Source: Candidatus Onthovivens sp. (GTDB lineage Bacteria > Bacillota_I > Bacilli_A > RFN20 > CAG-826). Taken from it: a stretch of 64,000 nucleotides of DNA. Positions 62,872 to 64,000 of the stretch are shown here, one piece after another. Each line of letters opens with the position of its first letter. Positions within the stretch are counted from its first letter, which is position 1. A program made the position numbers and the translations under genes. The notes under the pieces were generated by a model. The model was not told the DNA's origin, did not search any database, and worked only from the letters and a program-made list of their open reading frames with translations. Location of the stretch: contig DATESL010000025.1 of assembly GCA_035270825.1 (NCBI GenBank), positions 914 through 64,913 of the forward strand, written 5' to 3'.

Positions 62872-64000
62872 TTATTTCCTTTCTTTATGACTATCAAATA
62901 AATTGATCCACTGATTAGCAATTAAATCTATTTGATATTTTTTTGATGATTCATAGGTCGACTTTTTATAACGAATCAATTTATTTTTATCATCAAGAAG
63001 TTCTTTTAATTTTAAAGCATAATCTTTAGGGTTTCGTGAATAAACAATATCACCATTTATTCCAGGCGTAATCATATCAGTCGTAGGATCCCCACAATCA
63101 ATCCACAAAGCTGGACAAGAAAGGGAATGAGCCTCTAAAGTAACCAGTTGAAATCCCTCATAAAAGGAAGTAACTAATAATAAATCACTAGTTAATAAAT
63201 ACGGTTTAACATCATTACAAGTCTCAATAATTTCAATATTTTGTAAGTTATATTTTTTAATATAGGCATCCATATCTTTTCTTAAAGATCCAATACCAAA
63301 AATTTTTAGATTAAATTTTAAGTTTAATTTTTGGGCCTCATGAACGGCCTTTAATAATAAGAGGGGATCTTTTTGTTTCTCAAAGCGCCCCACAAAGATC
63401 AGGGAGTTATTATGAAAATCCTCATTTAAAGTTGGTTCATAACGGACTGGATTGTTAATATAAGTTGCCTTTGATTTATCAAGGGCTAAAATATTAAAGG
63501 TTGATTCACTTAAATAAATGGAAAAATCAGGTTTTCTTGTCAATAAACGGATCATCCTAGCAGTAGCTGTTTTAGCTAAATATGAATTATAATGAAAATG
63601 TTCATAGATAAAGCGGTCCTTTGGTTTAAAGAAAAATAGTTCTAAAGAAGAAAAAATAATAATGTCATCATTTGTTGTCATCTCAGTGATTTTTTTTGCA
63701 ATTTTTTTGCGATGAATCGTAAATTGAGCAAAACATTGCCAGGCTTGTTTGATTGCTTTTAAATAGTGATGAGCTTTAAAAGCGAATAGAAAGTAGCGGT
63801 CAAACTGACAGATTTCTTTTTTTACATTTAAATAGTGTATTTCAACACTTTTATCAACTTTATAAAGTGGTTCAGAGACTTTCTCTGATAAGGAGATTAG
63901 ATGAATCTCATAGTGTTTACATAATTCATTGATAAGTTGAATAGTAACCATTTCTGTTCCACCTATATTATGAAGTTGTTGTAAACACCAATATATTTTC
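62872..64000 (-). CDS. GT4-family glycosyltransferase, 5' end beyond the window
   Basis: The frame stays open upstream of Met 63951 to the window edge (KIYWCLQQLHNIGGTEMVTIQL, a GT4 N-terminal GGxE motif). The EX7E block is SFYEGFQLVTLEAHSLSCPAL. Confidence 0.8.
   Translation of the reverse strand, partial: KIYWCLQQLHNIGGTEMVTIQLINELCKHYEIHLISLSEKVSEPLYKVDKSVEIHYLNVKKEICQFDRYFLFAFKAHHYLKAIKQAWQCFAQFTIHRKKIAKKITEMTTNDDIIIFSSLELFFFKPKDRFIYEHFHYNSYLAKTATARMIRLLTRKPDFSIYLSESTFNILALDKSKATYINNPVRYEPTLNEDFHNNSLIFVGRFEKQKDPLLLLKAVHEAQKLNLKFNLKIFGIGSLRKDMDAYIKKYNLQNIEIIETCNDVKPYLLTSDLLLVTSFYEGFQLVTLEAHSLSCPALWIDCGDPTTDMITPGINGDIVYSRNPKDYALKLKELLDDKNKLIRYKKSTYESSKKYQIDLIANQWINLFDSHKERK

Noticed and set aside
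1-64000. Possibility of a Mycoplasma-type genetic code (UGA = Trp)
   Set aside because: TGA terminates yaaA (44521-44523) and recF (45591-45593) exactly where the next gene starts. All long housekeeping ORFs are intact under the standard code.
1-64000. CRISPR arrays, insertion sequences, prophage or integrative elements, rRNA and tRNA genes
   Set aside because: Coding density is very high and the longest noncoding gap (about 360 nt) is oriC. I saw no repeat-spacer periodicity, no transposase, integrase or recombinase-like ORFs, and no cloverleaf-like sequences in the spacers. This is visual inspection only; tRNAscan and CRISPR finders would confirm it.

Overview
The window is AT-rich core chromosome centred on the replication origin of a small, low-GC Bacillota/Mycoplasmatota-type genome. 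It uses the standard code: TGA acts as a stop for yaaA and recF, and long ORFs stay intact under code 11. An Acholeplasma- or Erysipelotrichia-like lineage is my inference only.

The anchor is rnpA-rpmH | oriC | dnaA-dnaN-yaaA-recF-gyrB-gyrA at about 40.7-50.3 kb. DnaA boxes lie on both sides of dnaA, and gene orientation flips at this point.

Left of oriC, mostly on the minus strand:
- yidC-jag-mnmE-tatD-rnmV-rsmA-ispE
- pth-mfd-S4-tilS-ftsH-dusB-lysS
- rpsF-ssb-rpsR
- gdpP-rplI-dnaB-yycJ-rlmH
- a feoAB locus with a divergent DtxR-family repressor
- mgsA, a WYL regulator, and a GGGtGRT-family gene pair of unknown function

Right of oriC:
- a GT-like gene
- serS, a minimal SRP RNA missed by the ORF track, and tadA
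- a MacB-type ABC / TetR / M50-like / DegV operon
- tldD-pmbA, rpmE, and two GT4 glycosyltransferases

I saw no CRISPR array, transposase, integrase, phage gene, rRNA or tRNA, and no noncoding gap longer than about 360 nt. I did not find a clear-cut new multi-gene system.

The items most worth a second look:
- the GGGtGRT pair beside the WYL regulator and mgsA
- a YidC with a roughly 310-aa lipoprotein ectodomain
- an ABC half-transporter with a roughly 100-aa TMD-NBD linker insertion
- an M50-like protein with LExxH in place of HExxH, inside the ABC/TetR/DegV operon
- a probable non-canonical ATA start for mfd
- acidic N-terminal extensions on both gyrase subunits
- a degenerate GT-like gene wedged between gyrA and serS
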